Source: an uncultured bacterium (GTDB lineage Bacteria > Krumholzibacteriota > Krumholzibacteriia > Krumholzibacteriales > Krumholzibacteriaceae). Taken from it: DNA of 64,000 nt. Of the stretch, positions 31,201-39,561 are shown one piece after another. The notes under the pieces are model-generated. The model worked only from the letters and a program-made list of their open reading frames with translations. It was not told the origin of the DNA and ran no database searches. The stretch spans positions 736,001 to 800,000 of the forward strand of contig CAWBAN010000001.1 of assembly GCA_963786935.1 (NCBI GenBank), in the 5' to 3' direction. Numbering within the stretch: the first letter of the stretch is position 1; every line of letters begins with the position of its first letter. A program made the position numbers and the translations under genes.

Positions 31201-33861
31201 ATGAAGACGGATTCGAGAAGGGGAATGCCTGATGGAGCCGCCGGTGGAGCGGCTCCTGCCGATGCGGCGCGCGCCGCGCGGTGGTCGTGGGTCGGTTTCG
31301 GCCGCCACGCGCTGATCGCGCTGCAGCTCGGACTGCTCCTGATCCTCGTCAGGGCGTTTTCCCTCGAAAATGGGAGTTTCTTCCGGATCTTCGCGCTCGC
31401 TGTCGCCGGTTTCGTCGCGCACGCGCTCCTGCCGGTCCGCCTGCGTCTCGCCTTTTTCGTCCTGCTCTCCTTCGCCGGCATCGCGCTCCTCTTCGGACCC
31501 GCGCAGGGGGCTTGGCTCGTCGGGCTCGGCCTGCTCCTGATCGCCATTGCGCACCTCCCCGTTCGATTTTCGGCCCGGATCGTTCTCATGCTCGGCGCGG
31601 TGGCCGCGCTCGCGCTGCTCCGGAGCGGCGCCGTCGAGGCGCCCTGGGCCTCCGGCATCTGGCCGATCTTCGGCGCGATGTTCATGTTCCGCATGATCGT
31701 GTATCTGTACGATCTGAAGAATCGAACGGCGCCGTTCGGATGGTGGCGGAGCGCGGCGTATTTCTTCATGCTGCCGAACCTCTGCTTCACGCTCTTCCCG
31801 GTCGTCGACTACAAGACCTTCAGTCGCGGATATTACCGGATCGATCGCTTCGTGACGTATCAGACCGGTGTCAACTGGATCTTCCGCGGCCTGATTCAGC
31901 TGATTCTCTATCGCGCCGCGTACCAGTATCTCCCCGCGGATCCGGCGATGATATCGTCGTCCGCCGGCGCCGCGCTCTATTTCGTGCGCCCCTATCTGCT
32001 GTACCTGCGCATTTCGGGGAGTTTCCATCTCGCGATCGGCATGCTCCACCTCTTCGGGTTCAACCTTCCCCGAACCAACTTCAACTATCTTCTCGCCTCG
32101 AGCTTCACGGACTACTGGCGGCGCGTCAATATCTACTGGAAGGATTTCCTGCAGAAGATATTCTTCAATCCGCTCTTCCTGCGGTTCAAGCGTTCCATGA
32201 GGGAAACGTCGGCGCTCGTCCTGACGACCTTCATCGCGTTCTTCGCGACGTGGGCGCTCCACTCGTACCAGTGGTTCTGGATACGCAACGAATTTCCCGT
32301 GATCTGGCAGGATATCGTGTTCTGGTCGGTGATGGGAGCGCTCATGCTCGCCAACATGCTCTACGAGAACCGCCACGGGAGGGCCCGGAGCATCGGCACG
32401 ACGGCCCGATCCGCGCGATCGTCCCTCGGCCTCGCGCTCCGGACGATCGGCACCTTCCTCGTCATTTGCACGAGCTGGGCTCTCTGGTCGACGTCGTCCT
32501 CCCGCGAGCTTCTCCTCGTGGTGCGGAAGCTCGCCCGCCCGGGAGCCACGGATATCGCGTGGATCCTCGCCGGGCTCGCGGGGCTCGGCATCGCGGCCGT
32601 CGCGTACGACCGGCTCGAGCGCCGCGGCCGGCCGGAGGTGGAAGCCTCTCCGCGCGTCCGGCTGTTTCGCGTGCCCGTTCCCGTCTCCGCCCTGCGCGTC
32701 TCGCTCGTGAGCGCCGGGCTCGTGTTCCTGCTGTTCGGCCAGCTCTATTTCTACTATCCGCCGGACGTCGCGAACGTCCTCAATCAGCTGAAGAATCCGC
32801 TCTTTCTCAACGCCCGCGACCAGCAGATGCTGACCCGCGGGTACTACGAGGATCTCGCGGACGTGGCCCGCTTCAACCCGCAGCTCGCCGAGCTGTACCG
32901 GGGGCGCCCCGCCGACTGGAACCGCTGCTGGGCGATTCATCGCACCGGGGGCTTCCCCACGCACGAGCTCATGCCGTCGCGCCGGCTCGTCTACAAGAAC
33001 GCCACGATGACCACGAACCGGTGGGGCATGCGCGACCGCGACTGCGAGAAGGCCAAACCGGCGGGGACGTACCGCTTCGTGCTCCTCGGCTCCTCGCACA
33101 GCATGGGGGAAGGGGTGGCGGACGGGGAGACGTTCGAGAACGTGGTCGAGGATCGTTTGAACCGGGAGATCGCTCCGCGGACGGGGTTGAAATATGAAAT
33201 ACTTAATTTCTCCGTCGGGGGATACGGGCCGCTGTCGAATCTGGCGGTCCTCGAGCGGCGCGCGCTCGGCTTCGATCCGGACGCGGTGATCTACATCGGC
33301 GTCAACGATTTCTCGTTCGCCGTGAAGGAGGCCATCTTTCCGGTGACGGAGGGGGGACCGCTCCCGTGGCCCGAACCGGCGGACATGGCCCGGGCCGGGG
33401 GGGTTCAGCGGGGCATGACCTACGACGTCGCCATGGCGACCCTGTACCCGCGCCGCGAGGAGGTGCTCCTCTGGGCGTACCGGCGGATGACGTCGGAGTG
33501 CGCGCGGCTCGGTATCCCGGCGTTCGCGTCGATCATTCCCATTCCGGCCGAATCGACGCCGGAGGCGAAGCTCGACGAGAAGCGCGAGGAAGCGCTCGCC
33601 CGCGAGGCCGGTTTCACCGTGATCGGGATGCTCGGCGTCTACGATTCGCTGCCGGCGCTCGATGGCATCTGGGTGGCGCCCTGGGATCAGCACCCGAACG
33701 CGAAAGGACACGTCATGCTCGCCGACCGGCTCTACGCCGGTCTGGTCCGGGAGCTCGGACTCGATCGAGAGAAGGATGGAACCGATGCGGACGGGGGACG
33801 TCCCGCCGCGCGGAAAGGAGACACATGGCACCCGACAGCGGATCGATCCACGACACGGTGA
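31201..33861 (+). CDS. MBOAT (DltB/AlgI-like) fused to a C-terminal SGNH domain (DltD/AlgJ-like)
   Basis: FGFNLPRTNFNYLLASSFTDYWRRVNIYWKDF, ATWALH; then LLGSSHSMG, NFSVGGYG, IGVND, DQHPNAKGH. Confidence 0.8.
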   Translation: MKTDSRRGMPDGAAGGAAPADAARAARWSWVGFGRHALIALQLGLLLILVRAFSLENGSFFRIFALAVAGFVAHALLPVRLRLAFFVLLSFAGIALLFGPAQGAWLVGLGLLLIAIAHLPVRFSARIVLMLGAVAALALLRSGAVEAPWASGIWPIFGAMFMFRMIVYLYDLKNRTAPFGWWRSAAYFFMLPNLCFTLFPVVDYKTFSRGYYRIDRFVTYQTGVNWIFRGLIQLILYRAAYQYLPADPAMISSSAGAALYFVRPYLLYLRISGSFHLAIGMLHLFGFNLPRTNFNYLLASSFTDYWRRVNIYWKDFLQKIFFNPLFLRFKRSMRETSALVLTTFIAFFATWALHSYQWFWIRNEFPVIWQDIVFWSVMGALMLANMLYENRHGRARSIGTTARSARSSLGLALRTIGTFLVICTSWALWSTSSSRELLLVVRKLARPGATDIAWILAGLAGLGIAAVAYDRLERRGRPEVEASPRVRLFRVPVPVSALRVSLVSAGLVFLLFGQLYFYYPPDVANVLNQLKNPLFLNARDQQMLTRGYYEDLADVARFNPQLAELYRGRPADWNRCWAIHRTGGFPTHELMPSRRLVYKNATMTTNRWGMRDRDCEKAKPAGTYRFVLLGSSHSMGEGVADGETFENVVEDRLNREIAPRTGLKYEILNFSVGGYGPLSNLAVLERRALGFDPDAVIYIGVNDFSFAVKEAIFPVTEGGPLPWPEPADMARAGGVQRGMTYDVAMATLYPRREEVLLWAYRRMTSECARLGIPAFASIIPIPAESTPEAKLDEKREEALAREAGFTVIGMLGVYDSLPALDGIWVAPWDQHPNAKGHVMLADRLYAGLVRELGLDREKDGTDADGGRPAARKGDTWHPTADRSTTR

Positions 33862-34085
33862 AGGAGTTCATCCTCCGTCAGTTTCTTCCCGGCGAGGATC
33901 CGGCGGCGCTCACCGACGATGTCGCGCTCATGGACAGCGGCATCCTCGATTCGCTCGCCACACTCAAGCTCATCACCTTTCTCGAGGAGCGGTTCGGGAT
34001 CAAGGTCGAGGCGCATGAAGCGGACGCGGAGAATTTGAACACGCTGGCCGACATCGCGAGATTCGTCGGTTCGAAGCTCGTGTGA
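33825..34085 (+). CDS. Stand-alone acyl/peptidyl carrier protein
   Basis: 86 aa, GILDSLATLKL phosphopantetheine Ser motif; SD AAGGAG. Confidence 0.88.
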   Translation: MAPDSGSIHDTVKEFILRQFLPGEDPAALTDDVALMDSGILDSLATLKLITFLEERFGIKVEAHEADAENLNTLADIARFVGSKLV

Positions 34086-34101
34086 CGGGCAAGGAGCGCG
34101 C

Positions 34102-35682
34102 ATGGCCCTTCATCGATATTTCATCGATGCCGCATCTCGATTTGGCGGGAACGTCGCCGTCAAGGAGCCGTCCGGCGCGACGATCGGCTACGCCGGCCTC
34201 GATCGGCTGACCGACCGGCTCCGGGACCGTCTCGCGGTCATCGGCGTGAGGCGCGGCGATCGCGTCGGGATCTACCTGCATAAATCGATCGATTCGGTGG
34301 CGTGCGTTCTCGGAATCCTCAAGTGCGGCGCCGCGTACGTGCCCGTGGATCCGAACGCGCCCCCCGAGCGGAACGCGTACATCTTCAGGAATTGCTCCGT
34401 GCGCGCGATCGTGACCGAGGAAGCGCTCGCGCCCGCGCTCCGCGCCGAGCTCGGCGACGGGCTCGCCAGGTGCGAGATCGCCATCCTGAGCGGCGTCGGC
34501 GGTGGCGCTCCGCTGCGCGCCTGGCTCGACGCGGCGGAGGCCGGCACGCCGGCTCCCGCGTCTTCCACCGTCGATTCGGGGCCCGACGAGCTCGCGTACA
34601 TCCTCTACACGTCGGGTTCGACGGGGCGCCCGAAGGGCGTCATGCTGACGCATCGGAACGCGCAGTGCTTCGTCGACTGGTGCAGCGACACCTTCGCGCC
34701 GGAGCCGACGGACCGGTTCTCCTCGCATGCGCCGTTCCATTTCGACCTTTCGATCCTCGACATCTATACGCCGCTCAAGCACGGAGCGGCGCTCGTCATC
34801 ATACCGGAGGATACGGGGAAGGATCCGATGGCGCTCGCCGCTCTCATCGCCGCGGAGCGGCTCACCGTCTGGTACTCGACGCCGTCGATCCTCGCGCTGC
34901 TCGCGCAGTACGGGAAGCTCGAGACCCTCGATTGCTCGGCGCTGCGGCTCATTCTCTTCGCCGGCGAGGTGTTTCCCATCGCGCACCTGCGGACCTTGAA
35001 GCGGCTCGTCCCGCATCCGCGGTACTTCAACCTCTACGGGCCGACGGAAACAAACGTCTGCACGTACTACGAGCTCCCCGCGGCCGTCGAGGACGACCGC
35101 GCCGCGCCGTATCCGATCGGCGTCGTCTGTCCGCACTACCGCGGGATGGTCGCGGCACCGGACGGGCGCGAGGCGGTGCGGGGAAGCGAGGGGGAGCTGC
35201 TCATGCAGGGGCCGGGTGTGATGAAGGGATACTGGAATCTTCCCGAGCAGGACGAACGGGTGTTTCTCGACCGGGGGGCGGAGGGGCGCTGGTACCGCAC
35301 CGGGGACCTCGTCCTCGAGGGACCGGACGGCAACCTCGAGTTCATCGGGAGGAAGGACCGCATGGTGAAGAAGCGCGGCTATCGCGTGGAGCTCGGCGAG
35401 ATCGAGGCGTGCCTGTACCGGCATCCGAACGTGCGGGAGGCCGCCGTCGTGGCGCTGCAGGACGAGGGCGAGGGCGTGAGGATTCGCGCCCATCTCTCGT
35501 CGCGGGACCGGAAGCGGATCTCGGTCATCGAGTTGAAGCAGTTCTGCTCCCGTCACCTGCCGGCGTACTTCATCCCCGATGTGTTCGTGTTTCATGACGA
35601 TCTTCCGAAGACGTCGACCGACAAGATCGATTACCAGAAGCTGCAGTCCGCGGGCGGAGCGGCCGGCGCGGGAACGCCGTAG
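34102..35682 (+). CDS. Stand-alone amino acid adenylation enzyme, probably L-proline:carrier protein ligase (PltF/RedM/CloN4/AnaC-like)
   Basis: YILYTSGSTGRPKG, FDLS, NLYGPTE, YRTGD, GYRVELGEIE, PKTSTDKID; manually read specificity code DLLYLALVCK. Confidence 0.85.
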   Translation: MALHRYFIDAASRFGGNVAVKEPSGATIGYAGLDRLTDRLRDRLAVIGVRRGDRVGIYLHKSIDSVACVLGILKCGAAYVPVDPNAPPERNAYIFRNCSVRAIVTEEALAPALRAELGDGLARCEIAILSGVGGGAPLRAWLDAAEAGTPAPASSTVDSGPDELAYILYTSGSTGRPKGVMLTHRNAQCFVDWCSDTFAPEPTDRFSSHAPFHFDLSILDIYTPLKHGAALVIIPEDTGKDPMALAALIAAERLTVWYSTPSILALLAQYGKLETLDCSALRLILFAGEVFPIAHLRTLKRLVPHPRYFNLYGPTETNVCTYYELPAAVEDDRAAPYPIGVVCPHYRGMVAAPDGREAVRGSEGELLMQGPGVMKGYWNLPEQDERVFLDRGAEGRWYRTGDLVLEGPDGNLEFIGRKDRMVKKRGYRVELGEIEACLYRHPNVREAAVVALQDEGEGVRIRAHLSSRDRKRISVIELKQFCSRHLPAYFIPDVFVFHDDLPKTSTDKIDYQKLQSAGGAAGAGTP

Positions 35683-35708
35683 GCCCGGAGATCCCGAAAG
35701 GGGTGCCA

Positions 35709-36854
35709 ATGGATTTCTCGTGGTCAGATGAGCAGACGGGCATGCGCGAGTCGATCGCGAAATTCGCGAGGGCGGAGCTGAACGCGGGATACGCGGAGCG
35801 GGAGAAACGGGGGGAGTTCAACCGCGACGGCTGGAACAAGTGCGCGGGCATGGGCATCCAGGGGCTCCCGGTTCCGGCGCAGTACGGCGGCCTCGGTATG
35901 GACGCCCTCACGACGATGGGGGTGCTCGAGAGCCTCGGGTACGCCTGCGTCGACAACGGGCTCGTGTTCTCGATCAACGCGCACATGTGGACGCTGGAGA
36001 TTCCGCTCCTGAACTTCGGGAGCGAGGCGCAGAAGGAGCGCTACCTGCCGCGGCTCTGCGGCGGGGAGATCGTCGGGGCGAACGCGATGTCCGAGCCGGG
36101 ATCGGGCTCGGACGCCTACAGCCTCAAGGCGACCGCCGAAAAGCGGGGGGACCGCTACGTGCTCAACGGAGGAAAGGTGTTCGTTTCGAACGGCCCCGTC
36201 GCGGACCTCTTCATCGTGTACGCGACCGTCGATCCGTCGAAGGGCGCGAACGGCGTCAGCGCCTTCCTCGTCGAGCGCGGCGCGCCGGGCCTCTCGTTCG
36301 GAGCGCATACGGAGAAGATGGGGCTGCGGACCTCCCCGATGTGCGAGCTGTTTCTCGACGGGGTGGAGGTGCTCGAATCGAACCGGCTCGGCCGCGAGGG
36401 GGCGGGCAAGAACCTCTTCACCGATTCGATGACGTGGGAGCGCAGCTGCATTCTCGCGAGCGCGGTCGGCGCGATGCAGCGGATTCTCGAAACCTGCATC
36501 GGCTACGCCGCCGAACGGCGCCAGTTCGGGCAGCCCATCGGAAAGTTCCAGCTCGTCGCTTCGAGGATCGTCGACATGCGGATACGGTTGGAGTCGTCGC
36601 GGGCGCTCCTCTATCGCGCCGGCTGGCTCAAGAGCAAGGGCAAGAGCATCTTTCTCGAGGCCGCGATGGCCAAGCTGCACATCAGCGAGAGCTGGGTGCG
36701 GACCGCGGAGGACGCCATCCAGATTCACGGGGGCTACGGGTACATGGCCGAATACGAGATCGAGCGCGAGCTCCGGGACGCGATCTCGAGCAGGATCTAC
36801 TCGGGCACCTCGGAAATACAGCGCCTCATCATCGGGCCCCTGCTGGGGCTGTGA
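35709..36854 (+). CDS. Acyl-CoA dehydrogenase family, probably prolyl-carrier-protein dehydrogenase (PltE/RedW/CloN3-like)
   Basis: AMSEPGSGSDA, KMGLRTSP, MTWERSC, RRQFGQPIGKFQ, QIHGGYGY, IYSGTSEIQ. Confidence 0.8.
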   Translation: MDFSWSDEQTGMRESIAKFARAELNAGYAEREKRGEFNRDGWNKCAGMGIQGLPVPAQYGGLGMDALTTMGVLESLGYACVDNGLVFSINAHMWTLEIPLLNFGSEAQKERYLPRLCGGEIVGANAMSEPGSGSDAYSLKATAEKRGDRYVLNGGKVFVSNGPVADLFIVYATVDPSKGANGVSAFLVERGAPGLSFGAHTEKMGLRTSPMCELFLDGVEVLESNRLGREGAGKNLFTDSMTWERSCILASAVGAMQRILETCIGYAAERRQFGQPIGKFQLVASRIVDMRIRLESSRALLYRAGWLKSKGKSIFLEAAMAKLHISESWVRTAEDAIQIHGGYGYMAEYEIERELRDAISSRIYSGTSEIQRLIIGPLLGL

Positions 36855-36923
36855 GTCGAGGGTCCGGACGGCGTCCGTCCGGCTCCGACGGGTTTCTACG
36901 GCCGTTGCCGCGCCGGTGGTCGG

Positions 36924-38741
36924 ATGAACATTCTCGGAATATCGTGCTTCTATCATGACAGCGCCGCAGCGCTCCTGCGCGACGGCGAGATCGTCGCGGC
37001 GGCGCAGGAGGAACGCTTCTCGCGGCGGAAGCACGATATGGAATTTCCCCGGCACGCGATCGCGTTCTGCCTCGATCGCGGCGGGATCCGCGCGGAACAG
37101 CTCGATTACGTGGCGTTCTACGACAAGCCCCTCCTCAAGTTCGAGCGCATCCTCGAAACCTATTTCGCGTACGCGCCGCGCGGGATGCGTTCGTTCCTCA
37201 TGGCGATCCCGCTCTGGATACGGGAAAAGGCGTGGATACCGGAGCTCATCAAAAAGGAGCTCGGGTACGAGGGGACGGTCCTGTTTCCGGAGCACCATCA
37301 GTCCCACGCCGCCTCGGCGTTCTTCCCGTCCCCGTTCCGCGACGCGGCGATCGTGACGATGGACGGGGTCGGGGAGAAGACGACCTCCTCGTACGGGATC
37401 GGCGAGGGCAACAGGATTTCGATCCTTGCCGAGCAGCACTTCCCGCACTCGCTCGGGCTCCTCTACAGCGCGTTCACCTACTACACCGGCTTCAAGGTCA
37501 ACTCGGGGGAGTACAAGGTCATGGGGCTCGCCCCGTACGGGGAGCCCACGTACGTTCCGGCCATCCTCGATCACCTGATCGATCTCAAGGAGGACGGCTC
37601 GTTCCGCATGAACATGGAGTATTTCAACTACTGCGCCGGCCTCACGATGACTGGGGCGAAGTTCCACGAGCTCTTCGGCGGGCCGCCGAGAAAGCCGGAA
37701 GGGGAGATGACGCAGCGCGACATGGATCTCGCCCGATCGATCCAGGACGTCACCGAAGAGGTGATGCTCCGCACGGTGCGGCACGTGCGGCGGAAGACCG
37801 GGAAAAAGAACCTCTGCCTCGCGGGGGGAGTCGCCTTGAACTGCGTCGGAAACGGGAGGATTCTCCGCGAGGGTCCCTTCGAGAAGCTGTGGATCCAGCC
37901 CGCGGCCGGGGACGCCGGGGGCGCGCTCGGTGCGGCGCTCTTCGTCTGGTATCAGTATCTCGGAAAGCCGCGCGAGGCGGACGGCGCGGCGGACCGCCAG
38001 CGCGGCTCGTACCTCGGCCCGGAATTCTCGCGCGAGGAGATACGCGCGTTCCTCGAGAAACACCGGCTCCCCTATCGAGAGGTCGGATTCGACGACCTGC
38101 CGGGTGAAGCGGCGGGCCTCATCGCGGAGGAGAAGGTGGTCGGATGGTTCCAGGGCCCGATGGAATTCGGACCGCGCGCGCTCGGCGGCCGATCGATTCT
38201 CGGGGACGCCCGATCGCCGGCGATGCAGAAGGTCATGAACCTCAAAATCAAGTTCCGCGAGAGCTTCCGCCCCTTCGCGCCCTCGGTGCTCGCGGAGCGC
38301 TCAGCCGACTACTTCGAGCTCGATTGCGAGAGCCCCTATATGCTGCTCGTGGCGAACGTCGTTCCGGAGAAGCGGCGCGCGATGACGGAGGACGAGCGGG
38401 GGCTCTTCGGCATCGACAAGCTCAACGTCGTCCGGTCGGAGATTCCGGCCGTGACGCATATCGATTATTCGGCGCGCATCCAGACGGTGCACCGCGAAAC
38501 GAATCCGCTCTATCACCGGCTCATTGCCGCGGTGGAGGGGAAAACGGGATGCGCCGTTATCGTCAACACGTCGTTCAACGTCCGCGGGGAGCCGATCGTC
38601 TGCTCGCCGTTCGACGCGTACGCGTGCTTCATGCGGACGGAGATGGATTATCTCGTCATGGGAAATTTCGTGCTCGACAAGCGCGAGCAGCCGTCGTTTC
38701 ACGACGAAATCGACTGGCGCGCGGCGTACGGGCTCGATTGA
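36924..38741 (+). CDS. O-carbamoyltransferase (NodU/CmcH/SxtI family)
   Basis: LGISCFYHDSAA, EERFSRRKH, EHHQSHAAS, GEYKVMGLAPYG, AGGVALNC, GPRALGGRSI, KFRESFRPFAP, NTSFN. Confidence 0.93.
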   Translation: MNILGISCFYHDSAAALLRDGEIVAAAQEERFSRRKHDMEFPRHAIAFCLDRGGIRAEQLDYVAFYDKPLLKFERILETYFAYAPRGMRSFLMAIPLWIREKAWIPELIKKELGYEGTVLFPEHHQSHAASAFFPSPFRDAAIVTMDGVGEKTTSSYGIGEGNRISILAEQHFPHSLGLLYSAFTYYTGFKVNSGEYKVMGLAPYGEPTYVPAILDHLIDLKEDGSFRMNMEYFNYCAGLTMTGAKFHELFGGPPRKPEGEMTQRDMDLARSIQDVTEEVMLRTVRHVRRKTGKKNLCLAGGVALNCVGNGRILREGPFEKLWIQPAAGDAGGALGAALFVWYQYLGKPREADGAADRQRGSYLGPEFSREEIRAFLEKHRLPYREVGFDDLPGEAAGLIAEEKVVGWFQGPMEFGPRALGGRSILGDARSPAMQKVMNLKIKFRESFRPFAPSVLAERSADYFELDCESPYMLLVANVVPEKRRAMTEDERGLFGIDKLNVVRSEIPAVTHIDYSARIQTVHRETNPLYHRLIAAVEGKTGCAVIVNTSFNVRGEPIVCSPFDAYACFMRTEMDYLVMGNFVLDKREQPSFHDEIDWRAAYGLD

Positions 38742-38760
38742 AGAGGGGGAACGGGAAACG

Positions 38761-39198
38761 ATGGATTTGTTTTCCGATGTGTCGAGCGAGCTGAAGCGGC
38801 TGCGGCGTGACCGCGCGACGCTCAGGAGATTCGGCGTCACCATGGCCGCCGTCCTCGCGGTGATCGGCGCGGGGATGCGTTTTCTCGCTCATCATCCGCA
38901 GCGCGCGCTCTGGACATGGATCGCGGCATCGGTGTTCCTGCTCGCCGGGATCGCCGCGCCCCGGGCGCTCGCCGGCTTCCATCGCTTCTGGATGGGGCTC
39001 GCCTTCGTGCTCGGGTGGTTCGTCTCCCGCGTCATCCTGGGCGTGATCTTCTACGGGGTCATCACGCCGATCGGCGTGGGCATGAGGATCGCGGGCAGGG
39101 ACCTTCTGCGGGAGAGGATCGATCGGAAGGCGCCGACGTACTGGATGCCGCGCGACCCCGGCGCGGAAGATCCGAATCGATGCGAAAAGCCGTTCTGA
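38761..39198 (+). CDS. SxtJ-family membrane protein
   Basis: LRRFG, WMGLAFVLG..S..LGVIFY.VITPIG..R..GRD.L, directly after the carbamoyltransferase. Confidence 0.75.
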   Translation: MDLFSDVSSELKRLRRDRATLRRFGVTMAAVLAVIGAGMRFLAHHPQRALWTWIAASVFLLAGIAAPRALAGFHRFWMGLAFVLGWFVSRVILGVIFYGVITPIGVGMRIAGRDLLRERIDRKAPTYWMPRDPGAEDPNRCEKPF

Positions 39199-39215
39199 GG
39201 CGGAAGGGCGGTTCC

Positions 39216-39374
39216 GTGGGAAAGCTCGGCATCATCAGGGAGTTCATGCAGTATCTGCTCGCGCGCCGGAAATGGTGGCTCGCGACGGTCGTCATCATGC
39301 TGCTCCTCCTCGGCGCGCTCATCGTTCTGACGCAGGGGAGCGCTATCGCGCCGTTCATCTACACGCTGTTCTGA
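39216..39374 (+). CDS. Small SxtK/DUF5989-like membrane peptide (52 aa)
   Basis: GTG start; ...RRKWWLATVVIMLLLLGALIVLTQGSAIAPFIYTLF. Confidence 0.8.
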   Translation: MGKLGIIREFMQYLLARRKWWLATVVIMLLLLGALIVLTQGSAIAPFIYTLF

Positions 39375-39411
39375 CGGCGGTGCGCGCCGCGGGCCTTGGC
39401 GTCCTTTTTGC

Positions 39412-39440
39412 TTGCCGCCCGTCCGGGCATCAATTACCAT
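39412..39440 (+). promoter_or_regulatory. Promoter for tRNA-Leu
   Basis: TTGCCG (39412)-17-TACCAT (39435), 9 nt before the tRNA. Confidence 0.55.
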
Positions 39441-39449
39441 CGCCTCCGT

Positions 39450-39535
39450 GCCGGGGTGGCGGAACTGGCAGACGCAGCGGACTTAAAATCCGCTGAGGCT
39501 TACGCTTCATACCGGTTCGATTCCGGTCCCCGGCA
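39450..39535 (+). tRNA. tRNA-Leu (TAA), CCA not encoded
   Basis: GCCGGGG...CCCCGGC acceptor stem, loop CTTAAAA, long variable arm, GTTCGATTC. Confidence 0.95.
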
Positions 39536-39561
39536 TTTCTTCAGCACTGCGAGGTTGCCGG

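Noticed and set aside
36855..36923. GC hairpin CCGGACGG-CGT-CCGTCCGG between the dehydrogenase and carbamoyltransferase genes
   Set aside because: No adjacent U tract, and such stems are common at this GC content; at most an mRNA stability element.
36924..39374. Saxitoxin cluster (sxtI/J/K-like genes)
   Set aside because: No sxtA, sxtG or other core genes are present; the trio alone does not indicate toxin synthesis.
39441..39447. attR-like repeat of the tRNA-Cys 3' end
   Set aside because: Only 7 bp in GC-rich DNA, with no integrase nearby.
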